Translations under genes and position numbers: made by a program | NCBI GenBank assembly: GCA_964402535.1 | Contig: CAYOCH010000004.1 | Coordinates: 1 to 53,818, forward strand | DNA length: 53,818 nucleotides | Direction: 5' to 3' | Origin: an uncultured Candidatus Saccharibacteria bacterium | GTDB lineage: Bacteria; Patescibacteriota; Minisyncoccia; Phycocordibacterales; Phycocordibacteraceae | Shown here: positions 7,951 through 17,091 of the stretch, piece after piece | How the letters are laid out: the number at the start of each line of letters is the position of its first letter | Position numbering within the stretch: the first letter of the stretch is position 1 | The notes under the pieces: generated by a model | What the model was told of the DNA's origin: nothing | Seen by the model: only the letters and a program-made list of their open reading frames with translations | Database searches by the model: none

Positions 7951-7955
7951 ATACT
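7950..7955 (+). promoter_or_regulatory. -10-like hexamer TATACT, 6 nt before ATG 7962
   Basis: ggtTATACT-gcccgc-ATG. Confidence 0.45.
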
Positions 7956-7961
7956 GCCCGC

Positions 7962-8201
7962 ATGTCACGCAACAGCACGATCATCTTGCTCGGTGCGCTC
8001 GTTATCCTCACGCCGTTCTCGGGCTTGCCGGTGGCGATCCGCTCGCTGCTCCTCGTCATCTTCGGCGCGACGGTGCTCGGCATCGGACTCTCGCAGCGCG
8101 CGCACGAGGCGCGCGCGAAGCAGTCTGCGCAGCCGGTTGAGCCCGCGCAACCTGCACCAGCATCTGACGCCACACCCCCGTCTGGCATCTCGCCGATTTA
8201 A
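7962..8201 (+). CDS. Small membrane protein (79 aa, two predicted TM segments, Pro/Ala-rich tail)
   Basis: MSRNSTIILLGALVILTPFSGLPVAIRSLLLVIFGATVLGIGL. The start is taken at internal ATG 7962, because the track start at 7905 lies inside the rsmI stop and the hairpin. Confidence 0.55.
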   Translation: MSRNSTIILLGALVILTPFSGLPVAIRSLLLVIFGATVLGIGLSQRAHEARAKQSAQPVEPAQPAPASDATPPSGISPI

Positions 8202-8220
8202 TATTGCGTTAAGAATGTTT

Positions 8221-8253
8221 GGACTTCGTAAGTCCCTGGGACTTACGAAGTCC
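8221..8253. repeat. Perfect 33-nt palindrome (16-bp arms, 1-nt centre) upstream of the ATPase gene promoter
   Basis: GGACTTCGTAAGTCCC-T-GGGACTTACGAAGTCC. It ends 17 nt before TATACT 8271, so it covers the -35 position. Confidence 0.8.
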
Positions 8254-8270
8254 TCGAATGCACGCTTTGC

Positions 8271-8276
8271 TATACT
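8271..8276 (+). promoter_or_regulatory. -10-like hexamer TATACT with TGc extension, 7 nt before ATG 8284
   Basis: tTGcTATACT-agcgtga-ATG. Confidence 0.45.
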
Positions 8277-8283
8277 AGCGTGA

Positions 8284-10146
8284 ATGGAGAATCCTGAGCG
8301 CGTCACCTACTTTGCGGCGACCGATTCGCGCGGGAAGCATGTCCCCTTCGGCATCAAGGCCAAGGATCGCGATCGCCACATGTACATCATCGGCAAGACC
8401 GGTATGGGCAAGTCGACCTTACTCGAGAACATGGCGATCCAGGATATCCGCAATGGCGAGGGGCTCGCCTTCCTCGACCCGCACGGCGCGACCGTCGAGC
8501 GGCTCCTCGACTACATCCCCGAGGAGAGGATCAAGGACGTGGTCTACTTCGCCCCGTTCGACCTCGAGCATCCGGTGGCCTTCAACGTGATGGAGGACGT
8601 CGGCTACGACAAGCGCCACCTCGTCGTCTCCGGCCTCATGGCCACCTTCAAGAAGCTGTGGGTCGACGCCTGGAGCGCGCGTATGGAGTACATCCTCACG
8701 AATACACTCCTCGCGCTCCTCGAATACCCTGACGCGACGCTGCTCGGCGTGAACCGCATGTACACCGACAAGGCGTACCGGCAGAAGGTGGTCGACAACG
8801 TGAAGGATCCGGTGGTGAAGGACTTCTGGACCAAGGAGTTCGCGAACTACGGCGACCGCTACACGCAAGAGGCGACACCCGCGATCCAGAACAAGGTCGG
8901 CCAGTTCACCGGGAACCCGCTGATCCGCAACATCATCGGGCAGTCCAAGTCATCGTTCGACATCCGCACGATGATGGACGAGCGCAAGATCCTCATCATC
9001 AACCTGTCGAAGGGGCGCGTTGGCGAGACCAACATGCGGCTCTTGGGCTCGATGCTCACGACGCGCATCTTCCTCGCTGCGATGAGCCGCGCCGACCTCT
9101 CGGCCGCCGAGATGGCCAAGAAGCCGCACTTCTACTTCTACGTCGACGAGTTCCAGAACTTCGCCAACGAGACGTTCGCCGAGATCCTCTCTGAGTCGCG
9201 CAAGTACAAGCTCAACCTGGTGATCACGAATCAGTACATGAACCAGATGGAGGAGCCGGTGCGCGACGCAGTCTTCGGCAACGTCGGCACGACCGCCTGC
9301 CTGCGGGTAGGGCCCTTCGACGCCGAGGTGCTCGAGACCGTCTTCACACCCAAGTTCACCGCCGAGGATCTCGTGAACCTCGACAAGTTTCAGATCTACC
9401 TCACGCTCATGATCGACGGCGTCGGGAGTGCGCCCTTCTCAGCGGTGACACTGCCGTCGATCGAACCGCCGCCCGTCTCCTTCCGCGACAAGATCATCGA
9501 GGCGTCGCGCGCACAGTTCGCCTCGCCGCGCGAGGGGATCGAAAAGTCGATCATCGCCGAGCTCATGGAGAGCGCGGAGTCCGAGGCCCCGGCCGACGCG
9601 CGTATGCGCCGCAAGCCGGTTCAACGCGCACCGAGAGATGAACCGCGTCGGGACGCACCGCCGGCGATGCAGCAGCGCGAACCGATGCGGCCGATACCGA
9701 TGCGCGAGCCTGAGCGTCATGAGCCGCCGCGCGATCGTGCGCCGGAGCTGCGCCGCGAACGACCTGAGAGGCAAGAGCGCCAGGAGCGGCCGGCACCGAT
9801 CGCTGCGGCAAAGAGCGCAGACGACCTGAAGGCGATCCTCCGCACCATGACGGCGAACCACGGCGCGCAGGTAGCCGAAAAGAAGTCGACCCATCAGGTG
9901 TCGCTCAAAGGGGCGCTCTCCCAGGTGCTGCAGAACCACGTTCCGGCACCGGCGGCAAAGCTCCAGCCGGCGCCAAAACTGGCCCCACAACCCGCCCCTA
10001 AGGCCCCAGAAGCCCCTAAGGCAGCGGCTCCAGAGCCGCCTCGGGTAGAGGAGCGGCTCCTACCGCCAGGGGATCCTGTGGCCGAGAAGAAGCCATTCGA
10101 GGTCCCCGAGAACGAGTTGCGGCAGGTGCTCAAGGGTGAGAAATAA
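8284..10146 (+). CDS. Soluble P-loop ATPase of the TraD/TraG/VirD4 coupling-protein type (type IV secretion system DNA-binding domain family), with a ~190-aa Pro/Arg/Glu-rich disordered C-terminus
   Basis: Walker A IIGKTGMGKSTLL, Walker B-like HFYFYVDEFQNF, SRKYKLNLVITNQY. No N-terminal TM. The tail carries REPERHEPPRDRAPELRRERPERQERQERP and PAPKLAPQPAPKAPEAPKAAAPEPP. Confidence 0.6.
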   Translation: MENPERVTYFAATDSRGKHVPFGIKAKDRDRHMYIIGKTGMGKSTLLENMAIQDIRNGEGLAFLDPHGATVERLLDYIPEERIKDVVYFAPFDLEHPVAFNVMEDVGYDKRHLVVSGLMATFKKLWVDAWSARMEYILTNTLLALLEYPDATLLGVNRMYTDKAYRQKVVDNVKDPVVKDFWTKEFANYGDRYTQEATPAIQNKVGQFTGNPLIRNIIGQSKSSFDIRTMMDERKILIINLSKGRVGETNMRLLGSMLTTRIFLAAMSRADLSAAEMAKKPHFYFYVDEFQNFANETFAEILSESRKYKLNLVITNQYMNQMEEPVRDAVFGNVGTTACLRVGPFDAEVLETVFTPKFTAEDLVNLDKFQIYLTLMIDGVGSAPFSAVTLPSIEPPPVSFRDKIIEASRAQFASPREGIEKSIIAELMESAESEAPADARMRRKPVQRAPRDEPRRDAPPAMQQREPMRPIPMREPERHEPPRDRAPELRRERPERQERQERPAPIAAAKSADDLKAILRTMTANHGAQVAEKKSTHQVSLKGALSQVLQNHVPAPAAKLQPAPKLAPQPAPKAPEAPKAAAPEPPRVEERLLPPGDPVAEKKPFEVPENELRQVLKGEK

Positions 10147-10152
10147 TCGCCC

Positions 10153-11298
10153 ATGAGACTTGCCGGATTCCTCGCGCTCGCGCTCTTCGCACCGGCACTC
10201 GCATTCGCGGCGGATCTCATCAATATCAATACGGCAGACGCGACGCTCCTCGACTCGCTGCCGCACATCGGCGCGGCGACCGCGCAGAAGATCATCGCCT
10301 ACCGCGAGGCGAACGGGCCATACACGACGATCGAGGACATCAAGAAGGCGAGCACGTATATCAGTGACAGTTATTACGCCGACATCGCACCCTTGATCAC
10401 CGTCGGTGATGCGGCCGCTCCGGCAGCGGCGGTCGCGTCGACGACAGAACCGCAGACGGCAGGCCGCGCCGCGGCCTACGTGCCGCCGCCCTCCGCGATC
10501 GCGATCGAGGTAACGGGTGACGATGCTGCAGTGCTGAACGTCCCGCTCAAGCTTGCGGCACGGGTGACGGGGAAGAGCGGTGCGGTCGACTCTGCGGCGC
10601 AGATCAGCTGGAGCTTCGGCGACGGGTCGCGCGGCGAGGGGACAGAGGTCGAGAAGGTCTATCGCTACGCGGGGACCTATCTCGTCACTGCGACAGCGCA
10701 AGACGGGAGCGCGAGGGCGCGTGATGAGATCGTCGTGACGGTCAAGGCCGCTGCGCCGCGGATCGCCTCGGTCACGGCTGAGGGGATCATGCTCGCGAAC
10801 GACGCTAGCGACCGGCTCGACCTCTCCGGCTGGCGGCTTCTCGCCGACACCGGCTCGTTCCGCATCCCCGAGGGGACGACGATCCTCCCGAATGCGAGCG
10901 TCCTCTTCCCGTTCACGATCATGAATTTGCCGGTCGCGTTCTCTGCCGTGCTCGCATATCCGGACGGCACGCTTGCGGCACTCTCTGCCGCTCCGGTCGT
11001 GCAGGCAGACACGCAGGTGCTGCAACCTCTCGCTCCGGAGCCTGGTTTGAATGAAGTACAGACGGTCGAGTCTGTAGTAGCTACCACGATAAGCGGTACG
11101 GCGCATGACGATCAAGCAGTTCGCGCCCCCGCGGCGGCGACAGAGCTCGCTGCCGCGGGGGCGGCATTGCCTCCTGTTCCGCCTGAAGCTACGCAGGACA
11201 CAGGGTCTCGCGGCACGAACGGGCTCCTCCGATCGCCCTGGACCCTGGGCTTCCTCGGCGTAGTGGCGCTCGCCGGCGGGGCGTTCATCCTGCTCTGA
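10153..11298 (+). CDS. Secreted ComEA-type helix-hairpin-helix DNA-binding protein fused to PKD-like and lamin-tail-like domains, with a C-terminal hydrophobic anchor
   Basis: Signal peptide MRLAGFLALALFAPALAFA. HhH INTADATLLDSLPHIGAATAQKIIAYREANGPYTTIEDI. PKD-like ISWSFGDGSRGEGTEVEKVYRYAGTYLVTATAQDG. LTD-like LDLSGWRLLADTGSFRIPEGTTILPNASVLF. C-terminus LGFLGVVALAGGAFILL. Confidence 0.65.
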   Translation: MRLAGFLALALFAPALAFAADLININTADATLLDSLPHIGAATAQKIIAYREANGPYTTIEDIKKASTYISDSYYADIAPLITVGDAAAPAAAVASTTEPQTAGRAAAYVPPPSAIAIEVTGDDAAVLNVPLKLAARVTGKSGAVDSAAQISWSFGDGSRGEGTEVEKVYRYAGTYLVTATAQDGSARARDEIVVTVKAAAPRIASVTAEGIMLANDASDRLDLSGWRLLADTGSFRIPEGTTILPNASVLFPFTIMNLPVAFSAVLAYPDGTLAALSAAPVVQADTQVLQPLAPEPGLNEVQTVESVVATTISGTAHDDQAVRAPAAATELAAAGAALPPVPPEATQDTGSRGTNGLLRSPWTLGFLGVVALAGGAFILL

Positions 11299-11316
11299 TT
11301 CTCGGCAGTCTTTTTG

Positions 11317-11322
11317 TATACT
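11317..11322 (+). promoter_or_regulatory. -10-like hexamer TATACT, 6 nt before ATG 11329
   Basis: tttttgTATACT-caaccc-ATG. Confidence 0.45.
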
Positions 11323-11328
11323 CAACCC

Positions 11329-12180
11329 ATGCAAGGCAAACTCATCCTTGTGACCGGCGGTGCCGGCTTCATCGGCTCGCACTTGTGCGAACGGCTCGTC
11401 GCGGAGGGGCACCGCGTCATTTCTCTCGATAACTACTTCACCGGCTCCCGCGACAATCACGTCGCGGGCGTCGACTATCGCGAGGGGCACACCAAGGACA
11501 TCGAGACGCATGTCCCCGAATCGCCCGACCTCATCTATCACCTCGGTGAATACTCGCGCGTCGAGAAGAGTCTCTCGGAGCCAGCAGTCGTCTGGGATTT
11601 GAACAAGGATGGGACGTTCGGCGTGCTTGAATATTGGCGCAAGCGCGGCTGCAAGCTCATCTATGCCGGCTCCTCGACCAAGTTCGGCGACGGCGGCCTC
11701 GGGCGCGATCAGAGCCCCTACGCGTGGACCAAAGCGACGAACACCGAGCTCGTCAAGAACTACAGCGCATGGTATGGCCTCCCGCACGCGATCACCTACT
11801 TCTATAACGTGTACGGCCCGGGCGAGCGTGCTGGCGCCTATGGCACGGTGATCGAGATCTTCCGGCAGAAGCGATTGGCCGGCGAACCTATCACGGTGAC
11901 GTCGCCCGGGACGCAGAAACGCAACTTCACCCACATCGACGACATCATCGACGGGCTTATGCTTGTCGGTGCGGACGGGACCGGAGACGACTTCGGTATC
12001 GGGAGCGAGCAGTCCTACACGATCCTGGACGTGGCCAAGATGTTCGGCGGCGAGATCGTCATGCTGCCCGAACGCCAGGGCAACCGTATGATATCCGACA
12101 TCGATACGTCGAAGATGAGATCGCTCGGCTGGACGCAAAAACGGAGCCTGACCGACTACGTCGCGGAGGCCGTGAAGTAG
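11329..12180 (+). CDS. NAD-dependent nucleotide-sugar epimerase/dehydratase (extended SDR, 283 aa)
   Basis: [39 protein letters not shown] and catalytic YAWTK. Start taken at ATG 11329 rather than TTG 11314. Confidence 0.8.
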   Translation: MQGKLILVTGGAGFIGSHLCERLVAEGHRVISLDNYFTGSRDNHVAGVDYREGHTKDIETHVPESPDLIYHLGEYSRVEKSLSEPAVVWDLNKDGTFGVLEYWRKRGCKLIYAGSSTKFGDGGLGRDQSPYAWTKATNTELVKNYSAWYGLPHAITYFYNVYGPGERAGAYGTVIEIFRQKRLAGEPITVTSPGTQKRNFTHIDDIIDGLMLVGADGTGDDFGIGSEQSYTILDVAKMFGGEIVMLPERQGNRMISDIDTSKMRSLGWTQKRSLTDYVAEAVK

Positions 12181-12236
12181 TGGTAAGCTCCTCCCGGAGC
12201 TCTTTCCGCCAACCAACCTACTGAAAGGAGAACGAG

Positions 12237-13736
12237 ATGGCATACCCTGTATGCTTCGTCATACCGCCCTCGCCGTTCCTCCTGGACGAGCGGGTGTTCC
12301 CATTCCTCGGGCCGCTCAAGGTCGCGGCCGTGCTCGAAGAAGCCAAGTATCCCGTCGAGGTGCTCGATCTGTCCGGCATCGGCAATTTCACCGATGCGGC
12401 GACCGGTCATGCGCAGGCGACGGATGCGCGGCGCTTCGGCATCACGGCCACGACGCCGCAGTTCCCGGCAGCGGTGCAGATCGCGAAAGCGATCCGCGCC
12501 GCGCAGCCACGCTCGCGCATCATCATCGGCGGGACGCATGCGACGCTCGTCGTCGCCGCGCTCCGCTATGAGCGTGCGCATGGCGCAGCCGGCCGTGCGC
12601 ATGCGGCGTACCATCAGCTCGAGGAGCACTTCGACGTGATCGTCGCCGGGGACGGGGAGGAGACTATCTTCCGCGCCCTCGCTGACGACCCGCCGAAGCT
12701 CATCGACGCCGACGACCGTGCGTCGCCGCACTTCCTCTCGAGCGCCAAGCTCGACGCGACGCCGTTCCCGGCGCGGCACCTGATCGACCTCGCGAGCTAC
12801 CGCTACGCGATCGACGGCGTCCCGGCCGTGTCGCTCATCGCCCAGCTCGGCTGCCCGTATCGGTGCGGATTCTGCGCCGGGCGGGACTCGCCGATGCTGC
12901 GGCACATCCGCATGCGCAGCGACGAGCAGATCATCCGCGAGATGACGATGCTCTACCGCGCCTATGGCTACCGCGGCTTCATGTTCTACGACGACGAGCT
13001 CAACGTGAACCCGAAGATGGCCGGCCTGATGCAGAAGATCGCGCGGGCCGGCCGCGACCTCGGCGTTGCGTGGAAGCTGCGCGGCTTCGTCAAGTCGGAG
13101 CGCTTCACCGACGAGCAGGCCGAGGCGATGCATGAGGCGGGATTCCGGCAGATCCTGGTCGGGTTCGAGTCAGGCGCGTCGCGTATCCTGGAGAACATCC
13201 AGAAGAACGCGACCTGCGCTGACAACGTGCGCTGCATCGAGATCGCGCGCAAGCGCGGGCTCACGGTGAAGGCGCTCATGTCGCTCGGGCATCCGGGCGA
13301 GTCAGAGGCGACGATCCGCGAGACGGAGCGCTGGCTCATCAACGTCGCGCCGCACGATTTCGACGCGACCATCGTGACCCCGTATCCCGGTTCGCCGTAC
13401 TACGACCGGGCGCGGCTCTCCGGTTCTGAAGGAGACGGGACGCCGGTATGGGTGTACGCCGCAGAGAACGGCGACCGCATTTACGAGCGCGAGGTCGACT
13501 ACAGCCGGGAAGCGGACTATTACAAAGGCGCCCCGGATGACGGGTATGTGTCGCACGTGTGGACCGATCACGTCTCGTCGCGCGACCTCGTGTCGCTGCG
13601 CAACGAGCTCGAGACGCGCGTCCGTACGGCGCTTCGCATCCCGTTCTACGGCAGCCGCCCCGCGATGCTCTATGAGCATTCGATGGGTCAGGCGCCGCCG
13701 CCCCACATCTTGAGGCGTTCAAAGCCCCTCGTTTGA
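12237..13736 (+). CDS. B12-binding-domain radical SAM protein (499 aa)
   Basis: The N-terminal ~130 aa resemble a cobalamin-binding Rossmann domain (IIIGGTHATLV). Radical SAM cluster motif CPYRCGFC. AAGGAGA lies 5 nt before the ATG. Confidence 0.75.
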   Translation: MAYPVCFVIPPSPFLLDERVFPFLGPLKVAAVLEEAKYPVEVLDLSGIGNFTDAATGHAQATDARRFGITATTPQFPAAVQIAKAIRAAQPRSRIIIGGTHATLVVAALRYERAHGAAGRAHAAYHQLEEHFDVIVAGDGEETIFRALADDPPKLIDADDRASPHFLSSAKLDATPFPARHLIDLASYRYAIDGVPAVSLIAQLGCPYRCGFCAGRDSPMLRHIRMRSDEQIIREMTMLYRAYGYRGFMFYDDELNVNPKMAGLMQKIARAGRDLGVAWKLRGFVKSERFTDEQAEAMHEAGFRQILVGFESGASRILENIQKNATCADNVRCIEIARKRGLTVKALMSLGHPGESEATIRETERWLINVAPHDFDATIVTPYPGSPYYDRARLSGSEGDGTPVWVYAAENGDRIYEREVDYSREADYYKGAPDDGYVSHVWTDHVSSRDLVSLRNELETRVRTALRIPFYGSRPAMLYEHSMGQAPPPHILRRSKPLV

Positions 13737-13747
13737 GGGGCTTTTTT
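13723..13747 (+). terminator. Intrinsic terminator overlapping the radical SAM stop codon
   Basis: AGCCCCTC-GTTT-GAGGGGCT followed by TTTTT. The stop TGA is at 13734-13736. Confidence 0.8.
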
Positions 13748-13774
13748 ATGCTTACTTTCATGAATCCGGCGGGT

Positions 13775-13780
13775 TACTAT
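13775..13780 (+). promoter_or_regulatory. -10-like hexamer TACTAT, 4 nt before ATG 13785 (7 nt before ATG 13788)
   Basis: TACTAT-aggc-ATGATG. Confidence 0.35.
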
Positions 13781-13784
13781 AGGC

Positions 13785-14930
13785 ATGATGTCGGCCGCTC
13801 CGGCGAAGAAAATTCTTATATTCTCCCTCGCCTATTACCCGCATGTCGGCGGGGCGGAGGTCGCTATCAAAGAGATAACCGATCGGGTACCGGCCTCTGA
13901 TATCGAGTTCCATCTCGTCTGCCTGCGCTACGAGCGTACGGCGCCGCGACGCGAACGGATCGGCAACGTCGTCGTGCATCGCATCGGATTCGGGAACAAA
14001 GGGTGCTTCAATAAGCTGTACTACCAGTTCGCGGCCGCGTTCGCGGCGCTCTCGCTCGATCGCGAGCATCATTTCGACGCGACGTGGGCGATGATGGCGC
14101 ACTCGGCGGGCGTCCCGGCTGCGCTCTTCAAGCTGTTGCGCTCGCGCACGCCATACCTGCTCGTCTTGCAGGAGGGCGATCCGCCCGAGTATATCGAGCG
14201 GCTCATGCAGCCGACGTGGCCGCTCTTCTCGCGTGCGTTCACCTCGGCCGACTTCGTCGTGGGCGAGTCGAACTTCTTAGGCGCATGGGCGCGCCGGCGC
14301 GGCTATCGCGGCGCACTCGAGGTGATCCCGAACGGCGTCGAGGCCACGCGGTTCGTCGGAGCACCGGTGGCGCACGAGGGGACGACTCTCATCACGACCT
14401 CGCGGCTCGTGCACAAGAATGCGGTGGACGTGGTGATCCGCGCGCTCCCGCGCCTCCCGAGCGTGCGGTTCAAGGTTCTCGGTACCGGCCCCGAGGAGCG
14501 GGCGCTGCGCGCGCTTGCAGAGGAGCTCGGTGTTGCCGAACGCGTCGAATTCATGGGGCATGTCGATCACGCTGCAATCCCCGCGCTTCTCCACGCGGCA
14601 GACATATTCATCCGCCCGTCGCGGTCAGAAGGGATGGGCAACTCGTTCATCGAGGCGATGGCGGCCGGAGTTCCAGTCATCGCGACACAGGAGGGCGGCA
14701 TCGCCGACTTCCTCTTCGACGCGAAGCGCAACCCGGACAAGGAGACGACCGGCTGGGCGGTCGACGTCGACGCGCCTCTGCAGATTGCAGCAGCCGTTGA
14801 GGATATACTCGCGCACCCAGACACGACAGCGCGCGTGACGGCGACCGCACGGCGCATGGCGATCGAGCAGTATGACTGGGATCAGATCGCGAAGCGGATG
14901 CGGAGTGTGTTCGCTACACTGGGCGTATGA
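13785..14930 (+). CDS. Glycosyltransferase, GT4 family (GT-B)
   Basis: RPSRSEGMGNSFIEAMAAGVPVIATQEGGIADFL (E-x7-E type C-terminal motif). Confidence 0.8.
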   Translation: MMSAAPAKKILIFSLAYYPHVGGAEVAIKEITDRVPASDIEFHLVCLRYERTAPRRERIGNVVVHRIGFGNKGCFNKLYYQFAAAFAALSLDREHHFDATWAMMAHSAGVPAALFKLLRSRTPYLLVLQEGDPPEYIERLMQPTWPLFSRAFTSADFVVGESNFLGAWARRRGYRGALEVIPNGVEATRFVGAPVAHEGTTLITTSRLVHKNAVDVVIRALPRLPSVRFKVLGTGPEERALRALAEELGVAERVEFMGHVDHAAIPALLHAADIFIRPSRSEGMGNSFIEAMAAGVPVIATQEGGIADFLFDAKRNPDKETTGWAVDVDAPLQIAAAVEDILAHPDTTARVTATARRMAIEQYDWDQIAKRMRSVFATLGV

Positions 14931-15958
14931 AGCTCGTCCTTGCGACCCCGCTCTATCCGCCCGAGATCGGCGGCCCGGCGACCTATGCGAGCCTGCTTGC
15001 TGCGGGGCTTCCCGAGAAGGGTATCGAGGTTAGGCTCGTGAAGTTCTCTGATGTGCGCCGCTGGCCGAGGGTTATTCGGCACTACGCCTACTATCGCCGC
15101 GTGCTCGCGGCGGCGCGACTAGCTGATGCGGTACTGGCGCTCGACCCGGTCTCGGTCGGCCTGCCGGCTATGAAGGCGGCGAAGAAGGCGGGCAAGCCGT
15201 TTGTCGTGAAGATCGTCGGCGACTACGCGTGGGAGCAGGGGCGTCAGCGGTTCGGCATCACTGATGATCTGGATACATTCGTCACGAAGAAGAACGTGCC
15301 CGTTGCCGTGCGCATGCTCAGAGATGTGCAGCGCGAAGTCGCAAATGCAGCAGATCGCGTCATCGTGCCGAGCGAATATCTGAAGCGCATCGTCTCGGCA
15401 TGGGGCGTGCCGGCAGAAAAGATTACGGCCATCTATAACAGCGTCGAGATACCAGAACCGGTCGCGCCCGCGCATCGTCCTGAAGGGTTCCTCGTCGTCT
15501 CCTCGGGCCGCCGCGTGCCGTGGAAGGGGTTCGAGGCGATCGAGCATGTCGTCGCGCGCGAGAAGGGCTGGACGAGCTTCATCGCATCGGGGATGCCGCG
15601 CGCCGAGATGCTCGGCTGGGTAAAGAGCGCAGATGTCTTCGTTTTGAACTCCAGTTATGAAGGGTTTGCGCACGCGCTCCTCGAGGCGATGCTCGTGGGG
15701 ACGCCGGTCATCGCGACGGATGCGGGCGGCAACCGTGAACTCGTCGAAGACGGCGTCACCGGGCTCCTCGTCCCGGTGGGAGACGACGAGGCGCTCCACG
15801 TGGCGCTCAAGCGCATCGCCGACGATCCTGCTGCTGCGAGGGCACGAGCGGAGGTAGCGCAAGCTCGCGCGGGCGCATTCTCAAAGCCTGCTATGCTCTC
15901 CCGGACATCGGATGTCCTCCGCGGACTAGGACATCCGATGTCCCAACATTCCGTATGA
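14927..15958 (+). CDS. Glycosyltransferase, GT4 family
   Basis: VLNSSYEGFAHALLEAMLVGTPVIATDAGGNRELVEDGVTGLLV. 4-nt overlap with the previous gene. Confidence 0.8.
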   Translation: MKLVLATPLYPPEIGGPATYASLLAAGLPEKGIEVRLVKFSDVRRWPRVIRHYAYYRRVLAAARLADAVLALDPVSVGLPAMKAAKKAGKPFVVKIVGDYAWEQGRQRFGITDDLDTFVTKKNVPVAVRMLRDVQREVANAADRVIVPSEYLKRIVSAWGVPAEKITAIYNSVEIPEPVAPAHRPEGFLVVSSGRRVPWKGFEAIEHVVAREKGWTSFIASGMPRAEMLGWVKSADVFVLNSSYEGFAHALLEAMLVGTPVIATDAGGNRELVEDGVTGLLVPVGDDEALHVALKRIADDPAAARARAEVAQARAGAFSKPAMLSRTSDVLRGLGHPMSQHSV

Positions 15959-17091
15959 AAGTTTTATTTGTCTCAAACGACCCGACGATATTCGATGCCG
16001 CGAGCGCGGCGCGCGAACGCATGCGTTCATATGCTGCAGCAATCGGCGAGCTGCATATAGTCTCGAGCGCGCCAGCTGGCTTGCGCGATGAGCAAGAGGG
16101 GGATCTCTATCTGCACCCCGTGCACTCTTTGAAGATCTTCAGGGTTGGCGCCCTCACCAAGCGCGCACACGCGCTCATCCTCGAGTACGGCATCGAGGTC
16201 GTCTCTGCGCAGGATCCCTTCGAGCACGGGCTCGCCGCGCTCCGCGCGGTTGCGGGGACGAGCGTCAAGCTGCACGTGCAGGTGCACACCGACTTCCTCT
16301 CGCCGTGGTTCACGCGGAGCGGCAACTGGCGGAGCCCCTCGGTGCGCATGCCGATCTTGAACACATATCGTCAGACACTCGCAGACAAGGTGTTGCTGGC
16401 GGCAGCGGGTATCCGCGTCGTCTCTGAGCGCGTGAAGGCGTCGCTCGTGTCTCGCTACGGGTCACGTATCGTTGAACCATCTGTCATCCCAGTGCCGGTT
16501 GATGCGAACGTGCCTGCATCCGTCCGGCTGCCGCCGCATCCGTTCACCTTCGCGCTCATCACGGTTAGTCGGCTTGAGCCCGAGAAGCGCATCGAGGACA
16601 TCCTTGCGGCGTTGAAGCTCGTGGTCGCACATTACCCGATGATCGGGCTCTTCGTGGTCGGTGAGGGGAGCGAGCGCGCCGGGCTCGAACGGATGGCGAA
16701 GAAGCTCGGCCTCTCCGAGCACGTCGTATTTCTCGGCTCCCGGAGCGACGCGCGAGCGCTCATGGGCAGCGCTCAGGCGTTCATCCAGGCGAGCGCCTAT
16801 GAGGGCTACGGCCGCACGCTCATCGAGGCGGCGCTCGCGCAAGTGCCGATCATCACGACGGACGTCGGCATCGTCGGCGAAGTCTTCAAGGGCTACGAAG
16901 ACGTGCTCGCCGTGCCCGTGGCTGATCCGACCGCACTCTCGCTCTCTATCGTCGGTTTTATCGAAGACAACGCCGTGCGCCAGGATCTGCCGCGCCATGC
17001 CGTCGAGACGGTCCGCACGCATCTCATGGCCGCGGGCGACATCCCGGCGCGCATAGCTGAAGACCTCGCGCGCACGCTCGAACATCTATGA
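15955..17091 (+). CDS. Glycosyltransferase, GT4 family
   Basis: LITVSRLEPEKRIEDIL...QASAYEGYGRTLIEAALAQVPIITTDVGIVGEV. 4-nt overlap. Confidence 0.8.
   Translation: MKVLFVSNDPTIFDAASAARERMRSYAAAIGELHIVSSAPAGLRDEQEGDLYLHPVHSLKIFRVGALTKRAHALILEYGIEVVSAQDPFEHGLAALRAVAGTSVKLHVQVHTDFLSPWFTRSGNWRSPSVRMPILNTYRQTLADKVLLAAAGIRVVSERVKASLVSRYGSRIVEPSVIPVPVDANVPASVRLPPHPFTFALITVSRLEPEKRIEDILAALKLVVAHYPMIGLFVVGEGSERAGLERMAKKLGLSEHVVFLGSRSDARALMGSAQAFIQASAYEGYGRTLIEAALAQVPIITTDVGIVGEVFKGYEDVLAVPVADPTALSLSIVGFIEDNAVRQDLPRHAVETVRTHLMAAGDIPARIAEDLARTLEHL

Noticed and set aside
10060-12243. A 727-aa minus-strand ORF.
   Set aside because: It is antisense to the ComEA-like and SDR genes, which have clear domain motifs. 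It has an Arg/Asp-rich shadow-frame composition.
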